Shown piece by piece: positions 32,561 through 43,709 of a DNA stretch of 64,000 bases. Source of the stretch: Savitreella phatthalungensis. Taxonomy: Eukaryota. Made by a program: the position numbers and the translations under genes. The notes beneath the pieces were generated by a model. That model was not told the origin of the DNA and made no database searches. It saw only the letters and a program-made list of their open reading frames with translations. The DNA lies in NCBI GenBank assembly GCA_051599415.1, contig AP039691.1, positions 372,001 through 436,000 on the forward strand, given 5' to 3'. The number at the start of each line of letters is the position of its first letter. The first letter of the stretch is position 1.

Positions 32561-33047
32561 CCTGAAGCTGGAGCACGTGCACGCAGAGCTCGTCCTCAGA
32601 CCGGCACTATTGCTGCTGTAGCCCCCGCGACCTCGACAGCTGCTGCCAGGGCAGCGCCAGGCGGTCCATTAAGCGCCATCACCAGACTTTTCGGTGCTTG
32701 AGGCCTTTGCTAATGTCTCTGTTACATGAATCAAATGAACGCGTCAAGTTCGATCGTACACAGATCGTCTTTGACCACACGTACCATCGTACTCCGGTCA
32801 GACGTCTTCAAGCAGTCCCTGAAACCCGCTGAGTGACAACGTAGCCGAGCGGCAAATCTGTGACGTCTCGGGTCCGCCGTTGCAGCAGCTAGATTTCTGG
32901 TAACAGACCCGACCGAAGGAAGATCGCCATGTTACTTGCCGGCCGGCTGCTTCTTCTCACAAGTTACTCCTATAAAGTCTGTTGTCTTGTCCTCTTTCGC
33001 AATCTTATCATCTATCCTCTTCGCCGTCTCATCTTGCTTTCATATTC

Positions 33048-33386
33048 ATGCACTTCAGCACTATTGCCACCTCCGCCTTGTGCGTCCTGACCTCGATCGC
33101 AATCTCCTCGCCCGTTGTCTCTGACAGCAGTAATGGTCTTGCGCGCGCACGCGTGATTGGTACCGAGAAGATTGAGCTCAATTTACCTCCACGTGAGCTC
33201 CCAGATGGCCGTCACTGGCCAGGCACTCACATCATCCTTTCGCCCAACGAGATCTCCATCTCGAAGTACAACAACCACATCGGCCCCGAGTTCAACGTCA
33301 CCGGACTTGCTGACTTCCTGCATGCAGTCATGAAAGAGGTCAGGCATATCGAGCACGAATGGCTTGGCAAGACCATTGAGGCGTAG
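33048..33386 (+). CDS. Small secreted protein, paralog of 32210 gene
   Basis: TATAAA at ~32972, signal peptide MHFSTIATSALCVLTSIAIS, and a shared N.P.R..PDG...PG.....SP motif. Confidence 0.75.
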   Translation: MHFSTIATSALCVLTSIAISSPVVSDSSNGLARARVIGTEKIELNLPPRELPDGRHWPGTHIILSPNEISISKYNNHIGPEFNVTGLADFLHAVMKEVRHIEHEWLGKTIEA

Positions 33387-33789
33387 ACCGCGATCATTCA
33401 AATCGTATGGTCTGCCTGCCGTTGCCGTATCAGTCTCGAAGGACATTCCTCAGTTGTAGAGCCACAGAAAAAACATGCTGGTCATTATAAGAGAAGTCAT
33501 ACGAGTGCTCGTCTTCGTGAAGGGTCTAGTCGCGAAGCACTTTGATGAGGTGGATAGCAGCGTGATGTGAGACAGATGACGTACACGCCTGCGGCGATTG
33601 AAGGACCCGCTCTGGTCATCTATACGCCGTAGCCGTCGACTGTCGTCACTCTCGGCGATCCGGCAGACAGGGTTACCGAGAGCCGCTCACATGTCTGTCT
33701 CGACTTTGTACGGATCGAGCTTCGACATCGCGGTTTGGAATCGGCAAGTATAAGATGGCCACATCCTTCAACTAGTTTGCTGTCCTGAC

Positions 33790-34500
33790 ATGCAGCTCTT
33801 CCTGGTCTTTGCAGCGCTCACCACGCTGTCCGCTGGTCTACCAGTACAGCTTCGTGCTCAGACGCGTGCTGAGGCGGCTAAGGGACGGGAAAATGACGAC
33901 GGTAGCAAAGTCTTCACGCCTCCAACCCAACCGTTACGGATCACCAACACGCAGGAAGCTACCCTCTCGGCACCATCGAACCTGACCCAGACTGAACCAC
34001 TTGCTGTTGGAACGGTCTTAGGCAAAATTCAAGAAAGCTCAACAGATGAAGGAGACGTCGCGAGCGTCGAGTACGATGCGCCGCGTCAGCGATTCCTCAT
34101 TAAGCACAAAGGTTTGCTCCGTTTGTTGCTGACCAAAAAGGCCTTGTTGGGCGAAGCCAAGCTCTTAGAAGTAAAAGAAAAGTTGAGGCTTCTCTCTTTG
34201 GCTCGTCGTCTCGTCGGTAGGAGAACGGCTGTGGCTCTAGGTCCCAGTCTTGCGGCTGTGACCGCACCCGCTGCGATTGAGCAAGTTACCACAATACCGA
34301 CGCTGCAGACTCAAGCACTCTTGGCTGCAAACGCGACCCCAAGGTTGACTGTACCGTCTGTGCAAGCGAGCACAGCTCCAGCTGCAGCAGCAGCAGCCAC
34401 AACGACACCTCCTATGTCAACTTCCACTATGACCACCAACGCTGGGTTACCTTCACTCGGAAGTCTTGTGAGCTCTGCTCTTGGTTCTTCAGGTCTGTAA
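33790..34500 (+). CDS. Secreted protein with cationic Leu/Lys-rich central helix
   Basis: TATAA at ~33749, signal peptide MQLFLVFAALTTLSAG-LP, 236-codon ORF. Confidence 0.75.
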   Translation: MQLFLVFAALTTLSAGLPVQLRAQTRAEAAKGRENDDGSKVFTPPTQPLRITNTQEATLSAPSNLTQTEPLAVGTVLGKIQESSTDEGDVASVEYDAPRQRFLIKHKGLLRLLLTKKALLGEAKLLEVKEKLRLLSLARRLVGRRTAVALGPSLAAVTAPAAIEQVTTIPTLQTQALLAANATPRLTVPSVQASTAPAAAAAATTTPPMSTSTMTTNAGLPSLGSLVSSALGSSGL

Positions 34501-34936
34501 GCAGCTGCCTTGGCCACAATGAGCGTCAGACTCGGCCTCGTGAAATAGGCTACGACCGACGGACGAGCCCCACGACGTACTGCAGAGATCACGATGAATC
34601 ACACAATTTGTAATGCCATTGCCTGTGGATGATGCTAGTGAGACTCTGGAGACGTTCTTGAATACAGTCGTCCACTGTTTGAAGCGGCGATGTGGTGGCG
34701 CTCAACCGCTTGGTCCGAAAGAAAGCTAGGCATCATCTCGATCACGAATGAGTTTTTTGCCTGGAGGTATGACGCACGACATCTGCCAAACATCTGATAC
34801 AGTGACGATACATCGATGCTGCTTCAGGTCTTTGTCTATGTCTATACTCCAGACAGTGGCAGTGCCGGGGAGGATCATCGTCAGCTGCTGAGGGGCATCC
34901 ATAAAGCACAGTGTCGCCAATTTGTCGAGTGCTTGA

Positions 34937-35610
34937 ACGAGGGATCTCGCAGCCGCTTTGATATGCTGCTCTCTCTCCGTTCGTGGCCTACCGTTACGTT
35001 CAAGCGTCCTAGACGCCCAAGTCTCACTCAACTCGAGGCGCTCAGACCTACAAGCAGCTCAGATCGATGGCGTTGGTGGCAATCAAACTCTCTCGACCGT
35101 GACCGTTCCCGTGCCGACGACAGACAGAACGAAAGATTCAACCACAAAACTGGATGCGCAACACGAAGGCGAGGACGATGAGCTGGTCACCTCGCGCGGC
35201 TTCCGCAGGTCATGGACGAAGGTCAGTAAGGACACATCAGTCAAAGTGCTGGGAAAGGCGAAGTCGAAAGGCAAGGTTATCAAAGTCAGTGCTCCTCGCC
35301 TTGTGACCCGACCTGTAGCAGCGCTGACAGTTCCGGGTGCTGGTGCTCAGCTGGTGAGCGTACCAGCTGTAGCCACACAGATTCTGCCTGTTGCCCCGGT
35401 CCTGGCCAAGGCAGCGTTCCCTGCAGTCAGTACTAATCTGGTCACTTCACCAGGTGTGGTAGCACAGGCAGCCGTCCCGACATCAAGCACTATCGCCGCC
35501 GGTAACGTTGTTAACGGAGCAGGGACATCAGTCCCAGCGGGTGCCGTCCCGGCTTTGTAGGCTCCGGACTGTCGTCCATCCAGGCTGCGCTGAGTGGTCT
35601 CGGGATCTAG
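34937..35610 (+). CDS. Secreted protein resembling 33790 gene; no ATG in frame (ACG at 34937); possible intron 35502..35560
   Basis: Signal-like (T/M)RDLAAALICCSLSVRG-LP directly after an in-frame stop. A GTAACG..TAG phase-1 intron would give the terminus GSGLSSIQAALSGLGI*. Confidence 0.55.
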
Positions 35611-35715
35611 TCCACTAATATAGCAATCAAGCGCCTGAGCAATCCGGTTGATACTGGTCGAGGTAACGTGTCAGCAAGACCAACCAGACTTTGGAGAAGC
35701 GTCGCCGCGGTATGA

Positions 35716-36402
<687 letters not shown>

Positions 36403-36588
36403 GACTTCATTAGTACCCCCATCACTCAACGAAACCCTTGTATCTCAGTTGCCTGGAGTTGAGTTTGCCACGAATATATTGCTTGTTGCGTGCGACTGAC
36501 GAATCCGAGTTGTCTCCCAACCTGTAGCGACAGACAAGCCAGACAGTCCGCGAAAACATCGAATGCCTGGTCTACGTCGCCCGAGCAG

Positions 36589-38085
36589 ATGATTTTATTG
36601 TCTGATCATGAAGTGGACGCAGCCGTCCATGATGCTGAACGTTTCGCAGATGCGCTTGGCAAAGTATGGGAAACGAGCAGCGCTTACGCGACAGCACTGA
36701 ATTTACTGGCTGAAGCCGCACACGCGTATAGCTCGCATTTGATCAGCCGACGATCGTATGCGCCCGGAGGTACGCAGCCCGGTGCGCACCAAGTTCAGCT
36801 GATGTGTCTATCGTACTCCGCACAGACCTTCCGATCGGCCGCAGAAACTCAGACAGACCTGTCACGAACTCTGCAGCAAGGATATGAGCGCATCGATGCC
36901 GCTTGCGTGGCACTCTACGAGTATCTCATTCGACGCAACAAGCTGTATGCTCAACAGCGCATCTCTCTGGGAGAGGACAAGCTGCGTCAGAGGGAGCAGC
37001 AAAAGCGGCAATTGCAGACCGCAGCCAGCAAGAAACGAAAGGCTCTGCGTCGACTCACGATACCCGCAGAGTCTGTGCTAGAGACCGTTCAGGAGCATGT
37101 ACATTTACCGGGACATGGACACAGATTGTCACCAGAGAAGGTATGTCAGCTCAAACACCGGTGCAAAGTGACCGTAAAGCAGCGGCGATTTGATTTGGCC
37201 ATAGCTCAAAGCGCGTCTGCGGCGGCATCGACCCTGTTCAGCAATTATAGCGAGGGCATTGCATCGTTGGGCAACGAGCATGCTGTCGCAGGCCTCAACA
37301 AATGGCGGCCGTTTCTTGGAATTGAAGCACCGCAGACACTCCATGTCATCGACGAGGCCGAGTGTGCGTCTAACGACATTTCAGTACACACGATCGCAGA
37401 GCGCGAGCCAACGAATGACGCTTTTGATGAGGTGGAAAAGCTCGATGATCTCGACGAGGAGATTGCGGAAGAGCATCCTCGGGAGCCGTCATTTCACAGC
37501 AGAGCATCGTATGTCGCTCGCTGGCGAGAGACAGTGCAGCAAACTCGACAGCACGAGCTTCTACCCAGACGCGACGAGGTCACGCTTCCGCACCGCAGTG
37601 ACTGGCAATCTCCTATCCGAACAACGCAACTCGATAATACAGGACCAGGATCGTCTATAAGTGCAATATCACAGCCTGATCAACATCCTAATCGAATCAT
37701 TCAGGACAAGACGGCGGCGCTGCCTCGACGGAACGTCATCAAGAGCTTCTTCAAGAAGTTTGGTCGTGGCAGAAAGGGTCGGCCACCGCCGCCGCTGGAC
37801 CTCACACAGATATCCGAGCCGGACCTGCAGAGAGGCGAGCATGGCATCGATAAGGACGAGCGATACGAGGCACCGGAACCTATAGAGAAGCTTGCTGCAA
37901 AGGCCTTCAGTCAAGGGCGAGGGGATGAGGGACAAGATGTGCAAGACGTCGTGCATCCGAGCAAAACCGTGGAGACTTCCAAGGCTCCCTCGGTGCTCTC
38001 ACACAAACCGGAGCTTGCATCAGTGCAGAATTCGGGAGACTCCGATCGTCAGGCCGATGCTGAGGCAGGATCTGGGATAGGATGA
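36589..38085 (+). CDS. Hypothetical protein; helical N-terminal domain possibly I-BAR/IMD (Ivy1-like)
   Basis: Long ORF with amphipathic helices (SSAYATALNLLAEAAHAYS), a coiled coil and a disordered tail. The domain call is weak. Confidence 0.65.
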   Translation: MILLSDHEVDAAVHDAERFADALGKVWETSSAYATALNLLAEAAHAYSSHLISRRSYAPGGTQPGAHQVQLMCLSYSAQTFRSAAETQTDLSRTLQQGYERIDAACVALYEYLIRRNKLYAQQRISLGEDKLRQREQQKRQLQTAASKKRKALRRLTIPAESVLETVQEHVHLPGHGHRLSPEKVCQLKHRCKVTVKQRRFDLAIAQSASAAASTLFSNYSEGIASLGNEHAVAGLNKWRPFLGIEAPQTLHVIDEAECASNDISVHTIAEREPTNDAFDEVEKLDDLDEEIAEEHPREPSFHSRASYVARWRETVQQTRQHELLPRRDEVTLPHRSDWQSPIRTTQLDNTGPGSSISAISQPDQHPNRIIQDKTAALPRRNVIKSFFKKFGRGRKGRPPPPLDLTQISEPDLQRGEHGIDKDERYEAPEPIEKLAAKAFSQGRGDEGQDVQDVVHPSKTVETSKAPSVLSHKPELASVQNSGDSDRQADAEAGSGIG

Positions 38086-39150
38086 CGTCTGCATTAAGAG
38101 AGTACTAATACCGGCTGGCGCGGGATGTGGGATTGTCTATGACATCGGATGACATGGCCGGCTGCTATAGCATCAGGGGAGTGTCGACCAGCAAGGGCTC
38201 TCGGAGAGCCACTTCCACTGCGGCCATGAAGGTGATATGCAAACACGATGCTTCTCAGAACAAAGTCTCAAGCGAATCGGAGGCTATTCTGCAGTCATGG
38301 AAAGTCACTACTCATTCCGGAAAACAGCCTGTCTGTGATTGAAGAGCATCACGGCGATGATCTGAGTCCAGATTCCAACCATAACAATCTTCTCGGAAGC
38401 AGATTCTGGACAGGGAATCTCTCTGCCGCTTGCAATGATGCAGCGACCAGCTTTCCTCTACCTGCCTGGCTACGGACGCCCTTCTCGACTGGGCACCAAG
38501 CTGGTGCAGGCCGATAACGCTCGGTTGTCGTATTGAGCACATATTGATCAATTGTTTATGCTACTGCTTCAGGAAGCTGTCAGCTGTCAGACGGCAGACA
38601 CCTTGGCCTGACGTGAACCGATTGGGTGGTTATCCCAATAAGGTAAATACTAATTTAGCAACAGACCCATCACACCCAAAATGATTGGCATGGACGTCCT
38701 GGTTGTGGTCTAGCTAGTTGAGGACTGTTAAAAGAAGGTTGAGTGAGGCTGAGGGTGATCAGCATCACGTAAGGCTGGACACCTTGGCCAGTGGGACGAA
38801 CAAACATTGGCGCTGTATGGACGCCTTCGTCCCGCATGAGGTAGGATAGGATACTCGACCCAGTCTAGCCGGCCAAAACGATGGAATGCGATGTTGACCT
38901 TTGTGTGTCGATCGATCTCAGGAATGTGCACGACGACACTACTGGCGCTGACTCGCCTCACGACGAGTGTCAAACACGCGTGCACAGCCGAATGGCAGCC
39001 CCATAAAGGTTAGCTCTTGGCCTGTATCGACAACAATCCTTCGTCCTCGACATCGCCAAGTCATTCGCTCGTTGCCTCGACACTCGTTACCGACCACAGA
39101 CAAAAGACGAACTCACGCAATTGCTTTTGTCCTTTACTCGTAAAATCAAC

Positions 39151-40659
39151 ATGCCTTCTCTAGCTTGGTTGCTCTCGTTGGCAGCCTTGGCCACGGCACA
39201 GTCGAACTCGACGATCCCGACTTCCTCTGCGGCCTTCACCAACTCGAGTTCTGCCTCGACTCTCACAACGACCGTGCCATCGGTTACAGTGACTCTGCCT
39301 GCCGGCGCCGGCGTTGGTGCTGGCGCAACTAATGCTGGTGGTGCCGGCGCTGCCCCTGCGGCGACCACGACCTTGATCGTCTACCAGTACGTTGCAGCGA
39401 CCGCTGTTGTCGTCAACAATTGCCCTTGCCCGACCGGTCTTGCGACCGGACCGGGAAGCAACAATGGTAACGCCGGCGTCGGCGGTGTCACCACCATAAC
39501 CTCCACACAGGGCTTCACTACTTCGACAGTCACTCTTCCGAATGGCCAGACGACTGCCGTTGTCAACCCAATTGTCGTTACTCTCACAGTGACGATCAAC
39601 TTGCCAGCTGGTACAGCGACTGTTTCACCTTCTGGCGGAGCAGGTGTGGGCGCAGGCAACACCGCAGCCTCGACCACCACGACCACATCCCCTACCACAT
39701 CTCCAACATCTGCTACCACATCTGCTACCACCTCTGCGGCTGGCTCGGCATCCGCACTTCCGTCATTTGTGAACTCGACGACTCCCGCAGTGGTGAGCTC
39801 AACGACCAGCTCGCTGGTTTCATCGGCTGTGATTGTCTCATCAACGACTGTCTCATCTGCCCCCGTCTCGTCTGACGTGAGCTCTTCAGCGATTGTCTCG
39901 TCTGCTCCCGTCTCGTCTGATGCGAGCTCCTCGGTGACACCATCGAGCTCGACGCCGTCTCCTTCGTCCCCATCTTCGTCCACAGTCCCAGCAGCCATCA
40001 CGGGTTTCCGCCTGTCCGGCCTTCTCGTCGGGACCAATACGCTTCTCGGCGATCTGCTCGCTAACGATGGATTCGGCACTAACAGCACTAACGGCGACAG
40101 TTCTCGATTTGACGGAAAGAATAGCACTGGTATTGGAGGCACAACAGGTGACATCTTTGAGCTCTCTCAGGACACGGCGGCTACCGGCACAGTGTTCAAG
40201 AAGCGCTCTCAGTCTCTCTCGGCTGGATATCTCGTCTACCGCCGGCCGACAGACTTCCAGGGCGACGACATGCCTTGCCAGCTCGCCTACGCGTCCACGT
40301 ACGACGGAGCAACGGACGATTATGCGAGCATGGCATTCGGCAATCTGCAGCAATCCCTGTCTGTCGACCAGAGTGCGCCAGCCGGATCATCGCCTCTGCT
40401 TACACAGATCACTCTTTCAGACTTTGAGACGACGGCGGTGCAAGGACCAGTCCAGTTTGCTGCAGGAGACGTCACTACATCCTGCAACAATGCTCTTTAC
40501 ATCTTCCAGTCGGCCAATGCTGCCGGAGCTTCAACCACGTGCCCGTCCACTGACCCCAGCACCGGTGCGAGCAATGTAGTCTCACTCGTCTGGACCAAGG
40601 TCGTCGTGCCCCAGAACGGCACCCAGGCGGCCTGCAATGCAGCCGGCATGAACAACTAA
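39151..40659 (+). CDS. Secreted mucin/adhesin-like Ser/Thr-rich protein with Cys-containing C-terminal domain
   Basis: Signal peptide MPSLAWLLSLAALATA, T/S/V-rich stalk, 45-nt tandem repeat at 39850-39935, no hydrophobic GPI tail. Confidence 0.85.
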   Translation: MPSLAWLLSLAALATAQSNSTIPTSSAAFTNSSSASTLTTTVPSVTVTLPAGAGVGAGATNAGGAGAAPAATTTLIVYQYVAATAVVVNNCPCPTGLATGPGSNNGNAGVGGVTTITSTQGFTTSTVTLPNGQTTAVVNPIVVTLTVTINLPAGTATVSPSGGAGVGAGNTAASTTTTTSPTTSPTSATTSATTSAAGSASALPSFVNSTTPAVVSSTTSSLVSSAVIVSSTTVSSAPVSSDVSSSAIVSSAPVSSDASSSVTPSSSTPSPSSPSSSTVPAAITGFRLSGLLVGTNTLLGDLLANDGFGTNSTNGDSSRFDGKNSTGIGGTTGDIFELSQDTAATGTVFKKRSQSLSAGYLVYRRPTDFQGDDMPCQLAYASTYDGATDDYASMAFGNLQQSLSVDQSAPAGSSPLLTQITLSDFETTAVQGPVQFAAGDVTTSCNNALYIFQSANAAGASTTCPSTDPSTGASNVVSLVWTKVVVPQNGTQAACNAAGMNN

Positions 40660-40781
40660 GACCGCGACTTGTGGCATTGCACAGAGGTCATCAGAGAGAG
40701 AGAGACCTAGATAGGACAGAATATAATACGCTTCATTCTCTAGCTACAAAGTTGAGCCCTATTTTTCTTTTCGTGCTAAAG

Positions 40782-42707
40782 TTAGTAGTATCCACCACGG
40801 CCACCGCCACCACCGGCTTGACCATTGTAGTAGTTGCCTGTGTACCCATCGTTGTACGCATTGCTGCGTGGCGGCCGTGACGAGTAATTTTGGGGATGTG
40901 GCTGTGGCTGTGAGTTGTAGTTGGCGTAGGGATCCCGGTGTGAAGGTCCGTGACGCTGTGGACGAGGCCCGTAGTCGTAGTCAGTTCGGCCGCTCGCGGG
41001 AGGTCTAGCACGTGGACCAGCAGGCACACCGCCCGGTCGACCGCGAGAAGTATCCCACTCGCGCCCACCACCACCACCACCACCACGATCACTATACGCA
41101 CGCCTGTCATTCTCAGCACCGAACCCGTACCCGGAGCGATCGTACTGCCTGCGTGAAGGGTCTCGCGTATTGTTGTTGTTGTTGTGGGCTGTCGCAGGGC
41201 GCGGTGCTGGATTGGCCGCAGCAGCGTAAGGAGAAGTCGCGTTCATCCGCAAATCCAGACGCGCGGTTGTGGGCTCGTACAGCGGAGCATTCCCTTGACC
41301 GAGACCACCGCCGGCAGTTGGTCGAGTGCGGAACGGCGAAGGAGATGGCGATGTCCGGCCGTTCGCTAGCAGTGCCTGCCGCGTCGGCGAGGTCTCTGGC
41401 GTCGCTGTGACAGGAGCTGTGGAGACGAGCGGGATTTTGATGTCGCCGCTTGGCGACAGGTCTGTCTTTGTCTCGTACGGCGCCTTGAATGACGTGCTCG
41501 GTTGGTACGACGGCTGTGGCCTGAAGGGGACCGCGCCGACGAAGGACGATAGAGATGTGCTCTTCTCGGTTCGAGAGTTTCGACGACGCTGGCGGATGCA
41601 GAAGCAGCACATGCCGATGGTGATGAGCGCGAGAAGGACAACACCGGCGACTGCAACGATCGCAATGTTGCGGACTTGATGTTGACCTCCGAAGAAGGTG
41701 CGGATCTTCGTCATGATCGAATTCGCGGAGCCATCGCCAAAGCTGCTGCGAGAATACGTGACGCCATTGAGACCGGCGATGCTTTGCAAGGCACCTCCCG
41801 AAGCGGCGTCGTACTGGTCGACAAGAACGAAATTGGGATACTGGCTATTGCTGCTTAGACAGAGTGACATATGTGCATCGACACTGCTCTTTGAGTTGGT
41901 CTTGGCGATGTTGTCCGTGTCCGGGGAGTCGAACGTGTAGCTGAGAACTTTGGACTCGTGGTAGGCAAAGTGGTTGGCGAGGTAGAAAGTGTTTGGCTTT
42001 GACCCACGGTCTAGGCCACATGTGAAGTTGCGGTAGTCGGTCACCTCGTAAGGCGTCTCCCAGATGTACGCCCACTCGTCGTGCAGATACGGGTAGGTTT
42101 TGGCATCCGCGTCGCTACTGATGAAGTTGATGATGGGCGTACCAGCGTCGATGAGCTGCTTCAGGGTTGGCCATGCCCCGCCTGAATGCTTGTAGGAGAG
42201 CGTGTCGACGCCTGCGGCGGCGTACGTGGCGTCAAAATACGCCGCTGGTAGATGGTCATAATTGACCCAGAGCATCGTGATGACCTCACGCGGATTTGCT
42301 TTGACAAATGTCTTGACCTTCTTGAGGTATGAGTACAGACTGCCGCCGTCCTGCAGCGCGCAGTTGGTATGACAAAGCTGTAGAGCGGCGTTGCCATTGC
42401 TGTCGCTCTTGTTGTGGACCTGACCCTGAAGAAGACGGACACCGTCGCGCAATTGATAAGTGACGTCGTAGTTCTGGTTGTCAGCCATAGCGTGGCCGAC
42501 CGCGTAGGAGTTGTGCGTGCCGAGATAGGTCAGATCCGTATACGCCTTGGAGCAGAAGGCGTCATAACCATTGCAGGCAGACGCGCTCGATGCAGAGCTG
42601 ATGGAAGCGCTCGCGGTTGAGCTCGGAGCTGCGGATGCAGATGACGCAGCTGCTACAGAGGTCGTTAGGCCTATGATCACAGCCAAGCCGAAGCGCGTTA
42701 ACAACAT
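40782..42707 (-). CDS. PLC-like phosphodiesterase with single TM helix and long low-complexity tail
   Basis: Signal peptide; CNG...C...Y......THNSY, QL.DGVRLLQGQVH, LCHT.C...DGG, NPREVIT and PNFVLVD motifs; TM IAIVAVAGVVLLALITIG. Confidence 0.9.
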   Translation of the reverse strand: MLLTRFGLAVIIGLTTSVAAASSASAAPSSTASASISSASSASACNGYDAFCSKAYTDLTYLGTHNSYAVGHAMADNQNYDVTYQLRDGVRLLQGQVHNKSDSNGNAALQLCHTNCALQDGGSLYSYLKKVKTFVKANPREVITMLWVNYDHLPAAYFDATYAAAGVDTLSYKHSGGAWPTLKQLIDAGTPIINFISSDADAKTYPYLHDEWAYIWETPYEVTDYRNFTCGLDRGSKPNTFYLANHFAYHESKVLSYTFDSPDTDNIAKTNSKSSVDAHMSLCLSSNSQYPNFVLVDQYDAASGGALQSIAGLNGVTYSRSSFGDGSANSIMTKIRTFFGGQHQVRNIAIVAVAGVVLLALITIGMCCFCIRQRRRNSRTEKSTSLSSFVGAVPFRPQPSYQPSTSFKAPYETKTDLSPSGDIKIPLVSTAPVTATPETSPTRQALLANGRTSPSPSPFRTRPTAGGGLGQGNAPLYEPTTARLDLRMNATSPYAAAANPAPRPATAHNNNNNTRDPSRRQYDRSGYGFGAENDRRAYSDRGGGGGGGREWDTSRGRPGGVPAGPRARPPASGRTDYDYGPRPQRHGPSHRDPYANYNSQPQPHPQNYSSRPPRSNAYNDGYTGNYYNGQAGGGGGRGGYY

Positions 42708-43628
42708 CGACTGATGATCTAGGAGGGTTGCAACGCGAGGATGTTTGGGCGACTCAAAAGATCATAAGAAGTCGCGTTTCCGGCGAAGACGCGATGAAGT
42801 GGAGGTCGATGCGCGCACACGTTTCTACACACACGACAAAGCACGTTTACGCCCTGACACCTTAGGCCGCGGAGAGATTGTCCGAATGGAGGTGGGTAAA
42901 AGCGAGTAAAGTCAGGCGAGCGACAGAGGAAGCCTCCTGTCAAACCACGATTGGGGGCGACGGAAGTGCTGGCTCGAATAGATTGTGTATTTGCGATCGC
43001 TTGGCTGGATCAGATCGAGAGCTTACGAGATGAGCAACGAAGTCTACCTTGAGCGTTACTGTAATGGGACACTGGCGCAGCTGGATAGAGGATCATCAAC
43101 GTGCGCAGGGGTCACCGTGTACGTCAGGAAAGCTCTACTCTCTACTTCAAACAGCTACAGCTATAAATACAATCACAGACCGAGACAGACACGAGACCTA
43201 TGTGGAGATCTGGCGCCTAGTTGAAGCACATGGTGGGTGTCGTCAGATGAATGGGATAGACGCGGATAGCAACCCCTTTCTTTGATCTCTTCCCTTCCTA
43301 GTTTGCACTCCATGGGATAGGACGCCATTGTTTTGACCATCGATGAGTGCATGCTGCTCACGCGCTGTAACTGACTGGTATATGTGCATAGTTTGTGAAT
43401 TCGAATCTACCGTACCTGGATTCAATCAGTGTCAACTCCTCTGTCATGTACTGTGCTGTGATAAGTGCTGTCGGTAATTGGTCTTAAGCCTACAAGAGTA
43501 TATAAATATTGAATTTGAGCAAGGTCAAAATTAGAGCCTCGATCGTTAGCTAATTTGAATCAATCATAAATCAGTTGCCATGCACCTTGCAAACCTTATC
43601 CTGTATCTGTGTTTAGAAGCATAGGAAC

Positions 43629-43709
43629 CAGTCAGCCAGTCAGTGAGTCAATCAGCCAGTGAGTCAGTCAGCCAGTCAGTGACTCAGTCAGTCTGTCAGT
43701 GAATCAGTC
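43629..43709. repeat. Degenerate (CAGT)n microsatellite
   Basis: cagtcagccagtcagtgagtcaatcagccagtgagtcagtcagccagtcagtgactcagtcagt... Confidence 0.9.

Noticed and set aside
34726..35031. 101-aa minus-strand ORF in the secreted island
   Set aside because: Non-ATG start, overlaps the better supported plus-strand gene, no motif.
39381..40154. 257-aa antisense ORF
   Set aside because: Shadow of the Ser/Thr-rich adhesin-like gene.
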